DNA of 64,000 bases from an uncultured Nitrospinota bacterium (GTDB lineage Bacteria; Tectomicrobia; Entotheonellia; J063; CAVPRW01). Below the pieces are notes generated by a model. The model did not search any database. It worked only from the letters and a program-made list of their open reading frames with translations, and was not told where the DNA came from. The stretch lies in contig CAVPRW010000040.1 of NCBI GenBank assembly GCA_963707985.1, forward strand, positions 1 through 64,000, in the 5' to 3' direction. The position numbers and the translations under genes are program-made. Positions within the stretch are counted from its first letter, which is position 1; every line of letters starts with the position of its first letter. Positions 39,580-49,285 of this stretch are shown one piece after another.

Positions 39580-41067
39580 TTACTTAGCCATGGCGACGAA
39601 GAGGCTACCCTGGCCACGCTTCACCAGAAGGACCAGTGCGTCTTGGCTCTCAGCCTTCGCGATGGCATCGCGCACCTCTTGCACTGACTGCACGGGCTGG
39701 CGATTCACCTCGCGGATGAGGTCACCACGTTGCAGGCCGGCGCGCTCCGCGGGGCTGCCCGGCTGGACGCCGACGACCATCACGCCAGATTCAGTGGTGA
39801 GCCCATGCTGGCGGCCCATCTGTGGTGTCATCTCCTGCAGCTGCAGACCCCATTGGCTCTGACCTTCAACATTGGACTCTTCGCGTGCCACCTTATCCGA
39901 CGGGAGCTTACCAACTGTCACGGGCACTTTCTGGGTCTTGCCATCGCGATGCAAGGTCACAGTGGCTTCTCCTCCCACTGGGGTCTTTGCTACAATGGCC
40001 GGCAGATCATGGGAGCTCTTGATAGACTCGCCATTGAAGCCCACGATCACATCTCCCTGGCGGATGCCCGCCTTGGCCGCTGGGCCACCAGGCACCACTT
40101 CTGCGACCAACGCCCCCTGGTGCTCCTCAAGCTTCAGGGCCTTGGCCAGGTCCGGCGTCATCGACTGAATATTGACACCCAGGTAGCCACGGGTCACCTC
40201 ACCAGTGCTGACCAACTGTGGGATCAACGGCCTGGCCAGGTCAGCTGGAATGGCGAAACCGATGCCCTGCCCAGAGGCGACAATCGCGGTGTTAATGCCG
40301 ACCATCTCCCCCTTCATGTTGAACAAAGGCCCACCGGAGTTGCCTGGGTTGATCGACGCATCGGTCTGGATGAAGTCATCGTATGGGCCGGCGCCGATGA
40401 CGCGCCCCTTCGCACTGACAATTCCCGCCGTCACGCTATTACTAAGGCCAAACGGGTTGCCGATCGCGACCACCCATTCCCCGACTTTCAGCTCAGCAGA
40501 GCTGCCCATTGGTGCCACGGGTAGCGAGTGCTTCGGATCGATCTTCAGCACCGCCAGATCGGTCTTGGCATCACGTCCGACAACGCGAGCCTGATAGACT
40601 TGCTGATCAGCCAAGGTGACAGTGACTTCCTTAGCCCCCTCCACCACATGATTATTTGTCAAGACATGCCCATCAGCGTTGATGATCACGCCTGACCCAC
40701 TTCCCTGGGTGCGGAACTGCTCAGGGCGCTGGGGCATATCTTTGAAGAAGCGCTTGAACATCTCCCCATAAGGACCTTCAGGCTCCGGCATGCCGGGGAT
40801 GCCTGCCACTGGTGCGATCTTGGTTACCTGAATGTTCACCACCGTCGGGCCAAGCCGCTCTGCCAATTCGGCGAAAGAGCCGGGCACCGTTGCCGTGCCT
40901 GACGCGAGCGTGCCGTTCTGACCGAACCCTTGCGCCACGGACATGTTGGTCCCCTGCAAGCCGGACGCCACCAGCAGGCCAACGAAGAGGGAGGACAGTG
41001 CCACACTGGTGAGTGTCCTCGCCCCGAACCGCCTGTTGCTGATGTGTTGTGTGCATTGTCGGAACAT
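39580..41067 (-). CDS. degP: HtrA/DegP (Do) periplasmic serine protease with two PDZ domains
   Basis: GSGVII, LTNNHVV, TDLAVLKI and IQTDASINPGNSGGPL; two PDZ domains. Confidence 0.95.
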   Translation of the reverse strand: MFRQCTQHISNRRFGARTLTSVALSSLFVGLLVASGLQGTNMSVAQGFGQNGTLASGTATVPGSFAELAERLGPTVVNIQVTKIAPVAGIPGMPEPEGPYGEMFKRFFKDMPQRPEQFRTQGSGSGVIINADGHVLTNNHVVEGAKEVTVTLADQQVYQARVVGRDAKTDLAVLKIDPKHSLPVAPMGSSAELKVGEWVVAIGNPFGLSNSVTAGIVSAKGRVIGAGPYDDFIQTDASINPGNSGGPLFNMKGEMVGINTAIVASGQGIGFAIPADLARPLIPQLVSTGEVTRGYLGVNIQSMTPDLAKALKLEEHQGALVAEVVPGGPAAKAGIRQGDVIVGFNGESIKSSHDLPAIVAKTPVGGEATVTLHRDGKTQKVPVTVGKLPSDKVAREESNVEGQSQWGLQLQEMTPQMGRQHGLTTESGVMVVGVQPGSPAERAGLQRGDLIREVNRQPVQSVQEVRDAIAKAESQDALVLLVKRGQGSLFVAMAK

Positions 41068-41151
41068 CTATACTCCTCCTTCAGGTCTGTTGAGAAGCGC
41101 TGGTGTGATGCACCGCTCTGGCGCATCACCCGTGTGGCTAGTATGGAAATG

Positions 41152-41194
41152 AATATAGGAGCTGGAGATGAGACGAGGATTAACCCAAGATTAG
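41152..41194 (-). promoter_or_regulatory. Candidate degP promoter with three phased direct repeats (OmpR-family-type boxes)
   Basis: AGATGAG / GGATTAA / AGATTAG at 41166, 41177 and 41188 (11 bp period), covering the -35 position of a minus-strand TATATT at 41152-41157. Confidence 0.55.
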
Positions 41195-41326
41195 AAATTT
41201 CTCATGTTAGGCGACGACTTCTTCCCTTATCGCAGGTCCATCTATGGTCGGATGCCAAGCGTAGCCCCGGTGACAACAGCATTCGATGATTCAGGCGAAC
41301 GAGGGCTGAGCAGAGGAGGCGACGCC

Positions 41327-41482
41327 ATGGCAGTCGAGCACCAGATCAATCGACGGCAGTTCATGATGACCGCGTCGGTGGTGGGCGGCGCATTTTTGCT
41401 AGGGTTTGCCCTCCCATCACGCCGCGTACGGGCGGCAACGATTGTTGAGAAGCCCTGGACCTCCCACGTGGCGGGGGGATAG
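41327..41482 (+). pseudogene. N-terminal fragment of a Tat-exported molybdopterin oxidoreductase large subunit (IorB-like)
   Basis: GGAGG RBS; MAVEHQINRRQFMMTASVVGGAFLLGFALP, then a stop after 51 codons with no recognisable continuation. Confidence 0.65.
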
Positions 41483-41785
41483 AGGTGAATGCAAGGAGAG
41501 CGACGATGGCTGTATGCTTGAGAGGGGCCCATTTCCTCCAGGAAATCATTCGCATGGGCATCCGTTGCTCTGTTGGAAAAGGGGGTTCACCGCTACAAGC
41601 GGCCGGTGCGTTGCAGCTGGCGCATGGACGAGACATATATCGAAGTCAAAGGCCAGTCGCCTTCTCATACCGCGCCGTAAACTGACATGGCCAGACGATT
41701 GGATGCTGATTGAAAACTCTGCAGTGTTACTTTACGGCTCATGACATAGTTGTTGGATTCGGGCCAATAGGAAGGAGGTAGTCAC

Positions 41786-42187
41786 GTGAAGCGCATCAAT
41801 GCTGTGGTGGTGCTTCTGCTCTGTACGGCGCTCGCCGTGGGCTTGGTGTCGCTGGGAGCGGCAGGGGAACAGCACCAGACACCGGTCAAGGCGTATGAGG
41901 GGCAAATCAAGTCGATTAAAATCGACAAATGCGGTCTCCAACCGGGGTCGTGTGAGGGTTCCATCGTGATTGCGCAAAAAGCAGGAGGCGACGTGATCTT
42001 GGCGATCATGCCGGGAACTTGGATCAAACGCGGCGATCATCTCGTGTTGATCGACGAGTTGGGCGTTGGAAACTACGTCAAAGCCCAGGCCACACCCTTG
42101 CCCGCAGGGGCGCCGAGGGAGGGAACTGTGGGGTCGAGCCCGGGGGAACGGGCCTACTTACTGGAGGAGACCGGCAAAGGCAATTGA
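41786..42187 (+). CDS. Small exported hypothetical protein (OB-fold-like)
   Basis: AGGAGG RBS; signal peptide; EGQIKSI...TWIKRGD..V.IDELGVGNYVKA pattern; one Cys pair in the mature region. Confidence 0.75.
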   Translation: MKRINAVVVLLLCTALAVGLVSLGAAGEQHQTPVKAYEGQIKSIKIDKCGLQPGSCEGSIVIAQKAGGDVILAIMPGTWIKRGDHLVLIDELGVGNYVKAQATPLPAGAPREGTVGSSPGERAYLLEETGKGN

Positions 42188-42954
42188 GGCCCCTCGCCTG
42201 ATCATTCCCCCTACGTTGAGCCATACCGGTGGTTGCCCAGAGGGACTTGCGCCGTGGGCAGCCACCGACGGCTGCTGGATCGCGGTGCGAGCCCCCCCAG
42301 CTGCGCGACAGCATTGTCAACTGATTGAGGCTGATACCGTCATTCGGCAAACGAGAGTTCTCCCCCGGTCTTCCCCGCCTCTTCGGCCTTAACGTAGCGA
42401 AGCCCCAAATTTCGGCAAAGTCGCGCCAGGGGACCACTCCGCGCACAGGAATATGACCCTGACGCAGGGCACCATGGCCATTCCGGATCGCTGGCAGTCT
42501 TCGCTGGGCCTCCTGTAATCTAGCGGCATTACGGGCGGCTCAGCCGTTCGTGCCTGCGACGCTATACTCGACATCTTTGAGCTCGATGACATCCCAGGCT
42601 TCAACTAGGACGCGGAATCGAACCCTCGAATGAAGGTCGTGGAGTTGAAGGCCCGCCTCCGAGGCGGCAGACGCCATTCTCTTTGTGACACCTGAATACA
42701 ACGATGCCTTCCTCGATCGACGTGACTTGCACATGTTCCGCCGGCAGGTGCCGATCATCAAGTTTCTTGCCATACGTACGACGAAGCCGCACCCATGGCC
42801 ACGTCCCCCAGTTCATGGCGGTTTGGCCAGTTATCGCGTCGTTGGCCTCCTCGTCTGTGGCGTCATGGCCCCCTGGATTTTAAGACGGTCTCCACCCGTT
42901 CTCGGTGGACGAGGGAGCCAGCGACCAAGCACTGAGGCCCACTTGGTGCCGTAA

Positions 42955-43012
42955 CCCACATGTGGGGGTAAAGCGGGGGGAAGCCCCATCAATGGCCCCA
43001 CATGTGGGGGTA
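42955..43012. promoter_or_regulatory. Two copies of the palindrome CCCACATGTGGG(GGTA), 42 bp apart; candidate enhancer (UAS) sites
   Basis: CCCACATGTGGGGGTA at 42955-42970 and 42997-43012, about 130-185 bp upstream of a sigma-54 promoter. Confidence 0.6.
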
Positions 43013-43137
43013 GGCGCTGCCTGAGCGGATGCCCTGGCGCTCCCGCCCGCGCCAGAGCCTCGCCATTTTGTCAAATAAACCGTATCAATCCATCACGTGC
43101 CGACCGTGGAGGGAAGCTCGTGGTGGCGGGTGCGGAG

Positions 43138-43154
43138 TTGGCACCGCCTTTGCT
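43138..43154 (+). promoter_or_regulatory. Sigma-54 (RpoN) -24/-12 promoter
   Basis: TTGGCACCGCCTTTGCT: GG-N10-GC with TGGCAC and TTGCT elements, matching the YTGGCACGNNNNTTGCW consensus at all but one position. Confidence 0.8.
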
Positions 43155-43481
43155 CTATCCAGAACACAGATGACTGGCTCAGGACAAGCAAGCGGCGGCT
43201 TTCATGATAGGGCGACGACCCGATGCGGCTCCATCTCCGAAGAATCTCGTGAATTGATACCGGGTAAGCGCTTCGCATTGGCTCCATAAAGCGGGATACG
43301 GGGCCTTGGAGTCGTCCAGAATTGGCAGCTGCCATAGCCATACTGCGTAAACAGGAGTTTCGGCCGGCTCACTCGTGATGAACCCCTTAGGAAACGTCGG
43401 GAAAAACTCAAACGCTCTTTTGCCACAACGCCCTCGGGAATACATGCCCCGCAGCAGCCTAGCGTGCGAGGAGACGAGCAC

Positions 43482-44309
43482 ATGACGATTGACTATGCCC
43501 TAACCGCTTGTTTTGGATACGGTGCCGCTGACTTTTTGAGTGGATTTGCGACTCGTAAGCAATCAGTGGCCGCGACCCTACTCATCGGCCAGCCGGTAGC
43601 GTTTATCGCCATTGGCATAGCCGCTGCACTCACACCAGGACACCCCAACTGGCCGGATATGGCGTTGGGGATGCTCGCCGGCACGGTCGGCGGCGTTGGG
43701 AAGACCTTGCTCTATCAGAGCTTGGCTCGGGATACCATGGCCATGGCCAGTACGGTTTTTGGCATCCTGTCTGCGGCGGTGCCCGTGACTGCGGGCCTGC
43801 TGTTTGGCAATCGCCCGAGCTGGCTCCAGATTGCTGGGATAGTACTGGCGGTACATGCCATCTACGCTTTACAACACTCACATCATGCTGGCCCAGGACA
43901 GCCGTCTCGTGCCGTGTTGCTCATGCCGATTGCGGCGGGCTGTGCCTTGGGGGTATACCACGTCCTCCTATCCTGCACCAGTGCGGCCAGCGGACTCTGG
44001 CCGCTCGCAGCCGCTCGCACCGCCCCAGTGGTCGGTATCATCGCCTATGTCATGGTGCAGCCACCCGAGGGTCTGACGAGTCGAGGAGTAGGTTTGAGCG
44101 CTCTAGCCACATTGGTGGAAGTCAGTGCAACCATGTTGGCTCTCCTTGCGGTGCGCGCCGACCAACTGGCCATCGCCGGCACTCTGATCGCGTTAAGCCC
44201 GGCTATCACCATCACACTTGCCCACTTGCTACTGCATGAGCACATCGAACGCAACCGCATCGTGGGGCTTATGCTGTCACTCCTGGCAATCGGATTCATT
44301 GTGGCCTAA
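43482..44309 (+). CDS. EamA/DMT-superfamily transporter
   Basis: GAGGAG RBS; 10 TM segments; YGAADFLSGFATRK, LYQSLA..TMAMAS and ALSPAITITLAHLLLHEHI. Confidence 0.88.
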   Translation: MTIDYALTACFGYGAADFLSGFATRKQSVAATLLIGQPVAFIAIGIAAALTPGHPNWPDMALGMLAGTVGGVGKTLLYQSLARDTMAMASTVFGILSAAVPVTAGLLFGNRPSWLQIAGIVLAVHAIYALQHSHHAGPGQPSRAVLLMPIAAGCALGVYHVLLSCTSAASGLWPLAAARTAPVVGIIAYVMVQPPEGLTSRGVGLSALATLVEVSATMLALLAVRADQLAIAGTLIALSPAITITLAHLLLHEHIERNRIVGLMLSLLAIGFIVA

Positions 44310-44336
44310 CGGCTAAGATCAAATAGGGAGATAGTC

Positions 44337-44996
44337 ATGCTCGATCAATTACTGGATCAGACGGCCTCGATTATCACGTTCGCCTCGCATAAAGCCGTTG
44401 TGCCGTCAGCGCAGCGACAGTGTGATTTGTCCAAAGTCCGGGCGGCTATCCGAGCACTCTTGCTGGCCATTGGCGAAGATCCCGAGCGTGAGGGGCTGCG
44501 CGATACCCCGGACCGGGTGGCACGGAGCTGGACCGAAATTTTGGCCGGCTTTTATGAACCCAACCCAGATGCTGTGCTCGATACGGTGTTTCGTCATGAT
44601 GGCCAAGACTTAGTGCTGGTAAAAAACATCGAATTTGAGTCAATTTGTGAACATCATCTCCTGCATTTTACCGGGGTGGCGCACGTGGGCTATATTCCTA
44701 ATGGCTGGGTTACCGGATTATCCAAGTTGGCCCGACTGGTCGACAACTATGCACGCCGACTCCAGTTTCAAGAGCAACTGACGAGTCAGATTGCCGACGC
44801 CTTGATGAATCCACAGTGCCGTCTACAGGCCCTCGGGGCTGTAGTGGTGGTGAAATCTGGTCATTCCTGTATGTCGGTCCGTGGTGTGCGCAAACCGGAT
44901 GCCAGTACGATCACCTATGCGGTGCGCGGCGTGTTGGAGCACGATGTCATGCGCCGCCAAGAAGCGCTGACCATCATCCAGGGAGGATTCCTCTAA
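44337..44996 (+). CDS. folE: GTP cyclohydrolase I
   Basis: [45 protein letters not shown] and [11 protein letters not shown]; the Cys/His/Cys Zn ligands are intact. Confidence 0.96.
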   Translation: MLDQLLDQTASIITFASHKAVVPSAQRQCDLSKVRAAIRALLLAIGEDPEREGLRDTPDRVARSWTEILAGFYEPNPDAVLDTVFRHDGQDLVLVKNIEFESICEHHLLHFTGVAHVGYIPNGWVTGLSKLARLVDNYARRLQFQEQLTSQIADALMNPQCRLQALGAVVVVKSGHSCMSVRGVRKPDASTITYAVRGVLEHDVMRRQEALTIIQGGFL

Positions 44997-45138
44997 TGAT
45001 ACACGTTCACGTCGAGTCTCTAGAACCATTGCAATCGATAGGGTGCATTCGCATGAGGAGCCGCCCATACAGGGTTGAGGGTCATGAGAGGTAGCTTTAT
45101 ACGAGCGTCGTGCTATCGCTCCACACTTCATATGGGGA

Positions 45139-45816
45139 ATGACCATGACTCTGCCCATTGACCTGATCGTCATCCGGCATGGCCAATCCGAAGCCAACAC
45201 CCAACAGCTAGACCCGCGTGGCGACACGCCAAATGAGGGGCGTGACAACCTCACACAACTGACGCAGAGAGGGATCGCACAGGCCAAAGCCACAGGTGAC
45301 TGGCTCCTTCGTAATGGGCTAACTAATTTTGACCGTTACTATACTTCGCCGTACCTCCGGGCTCGTCAGACCGCCGCTCTGCTAGCCCTCGATGGTTCAT
45401 GGACCATCGACGATCGTTGGCGCGAGCGCAACTCCGGCGCAACTTCTCAAGGCCTTAATAGCCAGCAGCCGCACAAATGGTATGGACGCCCCTACGGTGG
45501 CGAATCGTTGGGAACTGATGTGCGTCCGCGGTTTGAGAGCATTATGGACACATTGCAACAAGAGGGATCCGGCGGGCAAGTCATTGCCATCACTCACGGT
45601 AAGTTCATGACCGTTGTGCGCTTTGTGCTGGAGCGTATAACCGTAGCGGAGTGGCTTGCGAAAGATCGGCAAGATTTAATCGATAACTGTCAGATTTTGC
45701 ACTACTCGCGCCGCAATCCACAAACCGACGCCGTGGCGTCAGATATACGTTGGATGCGATCGATCTGCCCGTGGGACAGCTCTCGTTCATGGAATAATGG
45801 CGAATGGAGAGAATTG
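45139..45816 (+). CDS. Histidine phosphatase (phosphoglycerate mutase-like); native 3' end replaced by IS sequence
   Basis: IVIRHGQSEAN, LTQRGIAQA, TSPYLRARQTA, RERNSG, PYGGES and ITHG. After NNGEWREL the ORF reads into IS6 DNA up to 45993. Confidence 0.88.
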
Positions 45817-46195
45817 GGTTGTGTCGCAAGTCTTGCTCAGGAGGTGTTGAAGAAACTGTTACCTCTGTCGGTGGGGGGATTAGGCGGCCAAGGCGCAGAA
45901 CCATTCGGCCACCGTGAGGCCCTCGTTTCCCTCCTCAGTCCCCAGCTACCGTTTTTTGAGCATGTGCATCAGTTCGATCCCCACGAGAGTTGACTGGGCC
46001 GCGTCAAACGATGTGAATCCCAGCATTGGACGCGTCACCGGCTTGATCGCCCGATGATCCTGCTCGATGATGTTGTTGAGATACTTCACCTGGCGGATGT
46101 CGATCGCGGTGCCGTGCGCCTCATGGTCGCGCTTGAGGGCCGCTTCATGGGCCGTACTCCCGTCGATGCTGATCTTCTCCGGCACGCCGTGACGT
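45817..46195 (-). mobile_element. IS6-family remnant: right inverted repeat plus 3' third of the transposase
   Basis: Terminal GGTTGTGTCGCAAG at 45817 (compare IS26 GGCACTGTTGCAAA); PEKISIDGS...RQVKYLNNIIEQDHRAIK..TRPMLGF.SF..A..TL.GIELMHML, an in-frame TAG, then ...FCALAA*; no left end. Confidence 0.92.
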
Positions 46196-46647
46196 CTGTG
46201 TATGTCTGTGTGGACATGTTGAGTCTCACACCGCTTCTGCGGTATGATGGGTGCGTGGACCATGCGCTCCCCCCAATCCCTGATGCACGCGCTGCCCACG
46301 CCCTGCAGCGCCATACGGGTGACCGCGCCGTGATGGCTGGAGCGCTGGGAGCCGAGCCCCGACAGCAGCCTGGCGTGACGCACGCGAGTGGTGCCGGCAC
46401 GCAGGCCGACCTGAACAGCGCTCCACGGGCGGACGTCACGCGGCGGCGCGGGAGCAATCGGGATCAGGAGGGATTCCCCTTTACGGAGTGGTGGGAAGGT
46501 TCCAGGGACTGGAAACCCGACATGCCGCGGGGTTCGTACAGGCTTGATCGCCTCATCATCGATCGGCTCGGTCAGTCCGAGGTGCGCTGTGAGCGGGCAG
46601 GGCAGGAGTATCGTGGACGAGAATATCGCTGTGAAGGGAGTTGTCCC

Positions 46648-46905
46648 ATGGACTTTACTGATGTCGAGCAGCGCTGGCAGCAGTATGTCAACGAATTCTT
46701 CGCCGAACAGGGCATGCCAGAGGATTTTTTTTACGAAGCGCGAGGTGATGGTGAGGAGCCGCAGCTGGTTCTCGACACCGAGCACGCCCGCGTCTATGCT
46801 GCCTGGCTCGCCACCAAGGGGCACATCACCGAAGTAGAGCACCAGTGGCTGGCGAGGGATATTCAACAACGCGAGGAAGACCGTCGCGACGAGGTGGCGG
46901 AGTAA
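46648..46905 (+). CDS. Small acidic hypothetical protein (85 aa)
   Basis: AAGGGAG RBS before MDFTDVEQRWQQYVNEFFAEQG. The upstream part of the track ORF overlaps the IS antisense. Confidence 0.5.
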   Translation: MDFTDVEQRWQQYVNEFFAEQGMPEDFFYEARGDGEEPQLVLDTEHARVYAAWLATKGHITEVEHQWLARDIQQREEDRRDEVAE

Positions 46906-47008
46906 GATCTGCGGGCCGCCGCTGCACCTAAAGATCGTGCCAGCCATGAACCCCTGAGGCTGACTACCCGGTTGAGGTGATAGCTGCTCCCGTGAAGGAG
47001 ATTGTGCA

Positions 47009-47620
47009 ATGGCCTATGATTTTCTCATTGACACATACGCAAGCGAGCGCATGAAGGTCATCAGCGTCTGGAGCATGTTCAAAGACGAAGATCTCCCGAT
47101 ACGGCCCCATCAAGTCGACCCTCGCGGGCGGAGCGTTCATGAGCATATGGTCCATCAGTGCGTCAGTGAGGATGTGTGGTTTCGTACCATGCTTGGCATC
47201 GACGTGGCGGCACCTCCCTTACCGACGCAGGAAACCCGTGGAGCGTTCATGCGCCGCTATGCGGAAGATAGCGGCAAACGCCTGGCTGCGTTGCGGATGA
47301 AGGACGAACCGTGGTGGGAGGAGCATGTGGCCTTTTTCGACGTGCAACGCTCGCGGGCCTGGGTGATGACGCGACGCATGACCCATACTGCCCAGCACCG
47401 CGGGCAACTGCTGGCGATGCTCCGCCAGCTCGGGCGAGACCTGCACAGTACCTATGGGCCGACCGCTGATACGGGTGGCTTGATGCAAAATCATGCGCCG
47501 ACCATCTATGCCTATGCCAGCGTGGATGCCCTCTTAGGAGGAGAAGCGGCCGGCGGGGCCAAAGCGCCATTGCCGGAGCCCACCACTCAGCCGGTCACCG
47601 AGCGGCCGGCAGCAAGGTAG
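47009..47620 (+). CDS. DinB-family protein
   Basis: RSVHEHMVHQCVSE, HTAQHRGQL..MLR.LG and STYGPTADT. Confidence 0.88.
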   Translation: MAYDFLIDTYASERMKVISVWSMFKDEDLPIRPHQVDPRGRSVHEHMVHQCVSEDVWFRTMLGIDVAAPPLPTQETRGAFMRRYAEDSGKRLAALRMKDEPWWEEHVAFFDVQRSRAWVMTRRMTHTAQHRGQLLAMLRQLGRDLHSTYGPTADTGGLMQNHAPTIYAYASVDALLGGEAAGGAKAPLPEPTTQPVTERPAAR

Positions 47621-47875
47621 CGGCTTCTGTCGAGTCAGAGGCGATCCACATGCAGGCCGTCATCATGCTGGGAGATGAACACTCGCTGGCGCGGAACCAG
47701 AACCTTTCTCCTGCTGTTTTGAATCCGACCGAGCATCTTGTGAAGCGATGGGAAGTCACTGACCTAAAGGTCTGATGGCGTCAGCGCAAACGCAATTTGA
47801 GAGGTGTCCCACGTGAGAAGGCCAATCGTCTCAAGCCATCGAAGGGAGTCCTTCTCCCAGGAGGAGAGGCCGGGC

Positions 47876-49282
47876 TCACACCTGCAGCGGCAGGAACACG
47901 GTGAATGTGCTCCCTTGCCGGGGAAAGCTCTCCACCTGTATGTGTCCGCCATGGGCTTCGGCGATAGAGCGGGCGATGCACAACCCAAGCCCAGAGCCCT
48001 CTTTGCCCTGATCCACGGCTGCAGGAGCCCGGTAAAAACGTTGGAAGATCTGCTCAAGCTCCTCGCGCGTGAGGCCAATGCCGGTGTCCGCGACGCGCAG
48101 AGCAGCCCACCCCCCATCCCGTTGCAGGGTCAACGTCACCTTCCCACCAGCGGGGGTGTACTTGATACCATTGTCGATCAGGTTTAACAGGAGCCGTCGG
48201 AGGTGTGCGGGATCCCCTTGAATGGTGATGGGCACCACAGACTTGCACTCCATAACTACCCCTTGGGCCTCGGCCAAAACTCGCATGTACTCGGTGACTT
48301 CCGCCATGAGCTTGGCCAGATCCACCGGTTGTCGGTCCATGCGAAGTACTCCTGCATCCGCCCTCGACAACAGGAGCAAACCCTCGACGAGGCGTGCAAT
48401 GCGCTCGCTTTCCTCCAGTGCACTCGTCAGCACACGGTGATATTCGTCCGGGCTTCTGGGGGCACGGAGGGCCACCTCTAGCTCCCCTTTTAAAATGGTG
48501 AGAGGGGTTTGCAACTCGTGGGAGGCATCGGCGCTAAACTGACGTACTTGGCGAAAGGCTGCGTCCAAACGACCAAGCATCTCGTTCAGCGTGGTTGCGA
48601 GCCGATCCAGTTCGTCATCGGAGCCGGTGGTTTCCAAACGCTCATTGAGATGTTCAGCGCTGATGCGCCTCGCGGCCTCAGTCATGCGGTCCACCGGGCG
48701 CAGTGCCCGCCGGGCCAATATCCATCCACCACCACCGGCAAACAAAAGCGCCAGGGGCAGCACTGTGGCCATGACCAACAGAAAACGCCGACGCGTGACG
48801 GCAACGCTCTCTAACGACATTCCTACCTGAATCAAGCTGGTGACGCGGCCAGCTTCGCGCACGGGCTGAACCAGGACACGCACCGGATATGCCCCCAGCC
48901 CCTCCACCGTCTCAAATGTCTGCAAGCCCTCTGCGGCACGTTGCACGGCGTTGGAGCTCAGGGGCAACCTTTCAGAGCGCGGGGGTACTTCCTGGGAATC
49001 GCGGTCACCCCAGGGATGGCGCCTTTCTACATAGCGATCCCAGGGTGAAAACCCGAAAAACCGGCGGAAGATGGCCTCGACCTCCGCGGGGATGGGGGGA
49101 GAACCTCCTCTGGAAGGCTGTGCGGCGATAGTCAAGGCCACCCCTTGCAGGGCACGATCGATGTCGCGGGCCAGGCTATAGCCCAAAAGCCCATACGCCG
49201 TACCGCCCAGGATCAGGAGCGTGACGGTCAGGAGGCTCGTGTACCAAAGGGTCAAGCGAGCGCGAATGGAGCGCAGGCGCAT
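47876..49282 (-). CDS. Sensor histidine kinase (HAMP-HisKA-HATPase; CusS/heavy-metal-sensor-like)
   Basis: Two TM helices; ALRPVDRM, FSADASHELQTPL, NLIDNGIKYT, DTGIG and GSGLGL. Confidence 0.93.
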   Translation of the reverse strand: MRLRSIRARLTLWYTSLLTVTLLILGGTAYGLLGYSLARDIDRALQGVALTIAAQPSRGGSPPIPAEVEAIFRRFFGFSPWDRYVERRHPWGDRDSQEVPPRSERLPLSSNAVQRAAEGLQTFETVEGLGAYPVRVLVQPVREAGRVTSLIQVGMSLESVAVTRRRFLLVMATVLPLALLFAGGGGWILARRALRPVDRMTEAARRISAEHLNERLETTGSDDELDRLATTLNEMLGRLDAAFRQVRQFSADASHELQTPLTILKGELEVALRAPRSPDEYHRVLTSALEESERIARLVEGLLLLSRADAGVLRMDRQPVDLAKLMAEVTEYMRVLAEAQGVVMECKSVVPITIQGDPAHLRRLLLNLIDNGIKYTPAGGKVTLTLQRDGGWAALRVADTGIGLTREELEQIFQRFYRAPAAVDQGKEGSGLGLCIARSIAEAHGGHIQVESFPRQGSTFTVFLPLQV

Positions 49283-49285
49283 AGT

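Noticed and set aside
39730..40594. Plus-strand ORFs (264 aa and others) overlapping degP
   Set aside because: Antisense shadows of a well-conserved gene.
42389..42830. Overlapping short minus-strand ORFs as a frameshifted gene
   Set aside because: No recognisable motif or clear RBS, so it cannot be supported without a homology search.
42951..43017. Mini CRISPR array (type I-E-like CCCAC...GTGGGGGTA repeats)
   Set aside because: Only two copies, a 42 bp period too short for repeat plus spacer, and no cas genes. The position fits sigma-54 enhancer sites better.
45946..46947. 333 aa minus-strand ORF as an intact transposase
   Set aside because: Only the last ~80 residues are IS6-like; the rest is an unrelated open frame.
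47700..47780. FSPAVLNPTEHL resembling the IS630 SPxLNPIE motif
   Set aside because: Too short, with no other transposase sequence or inverted repeats nearby.
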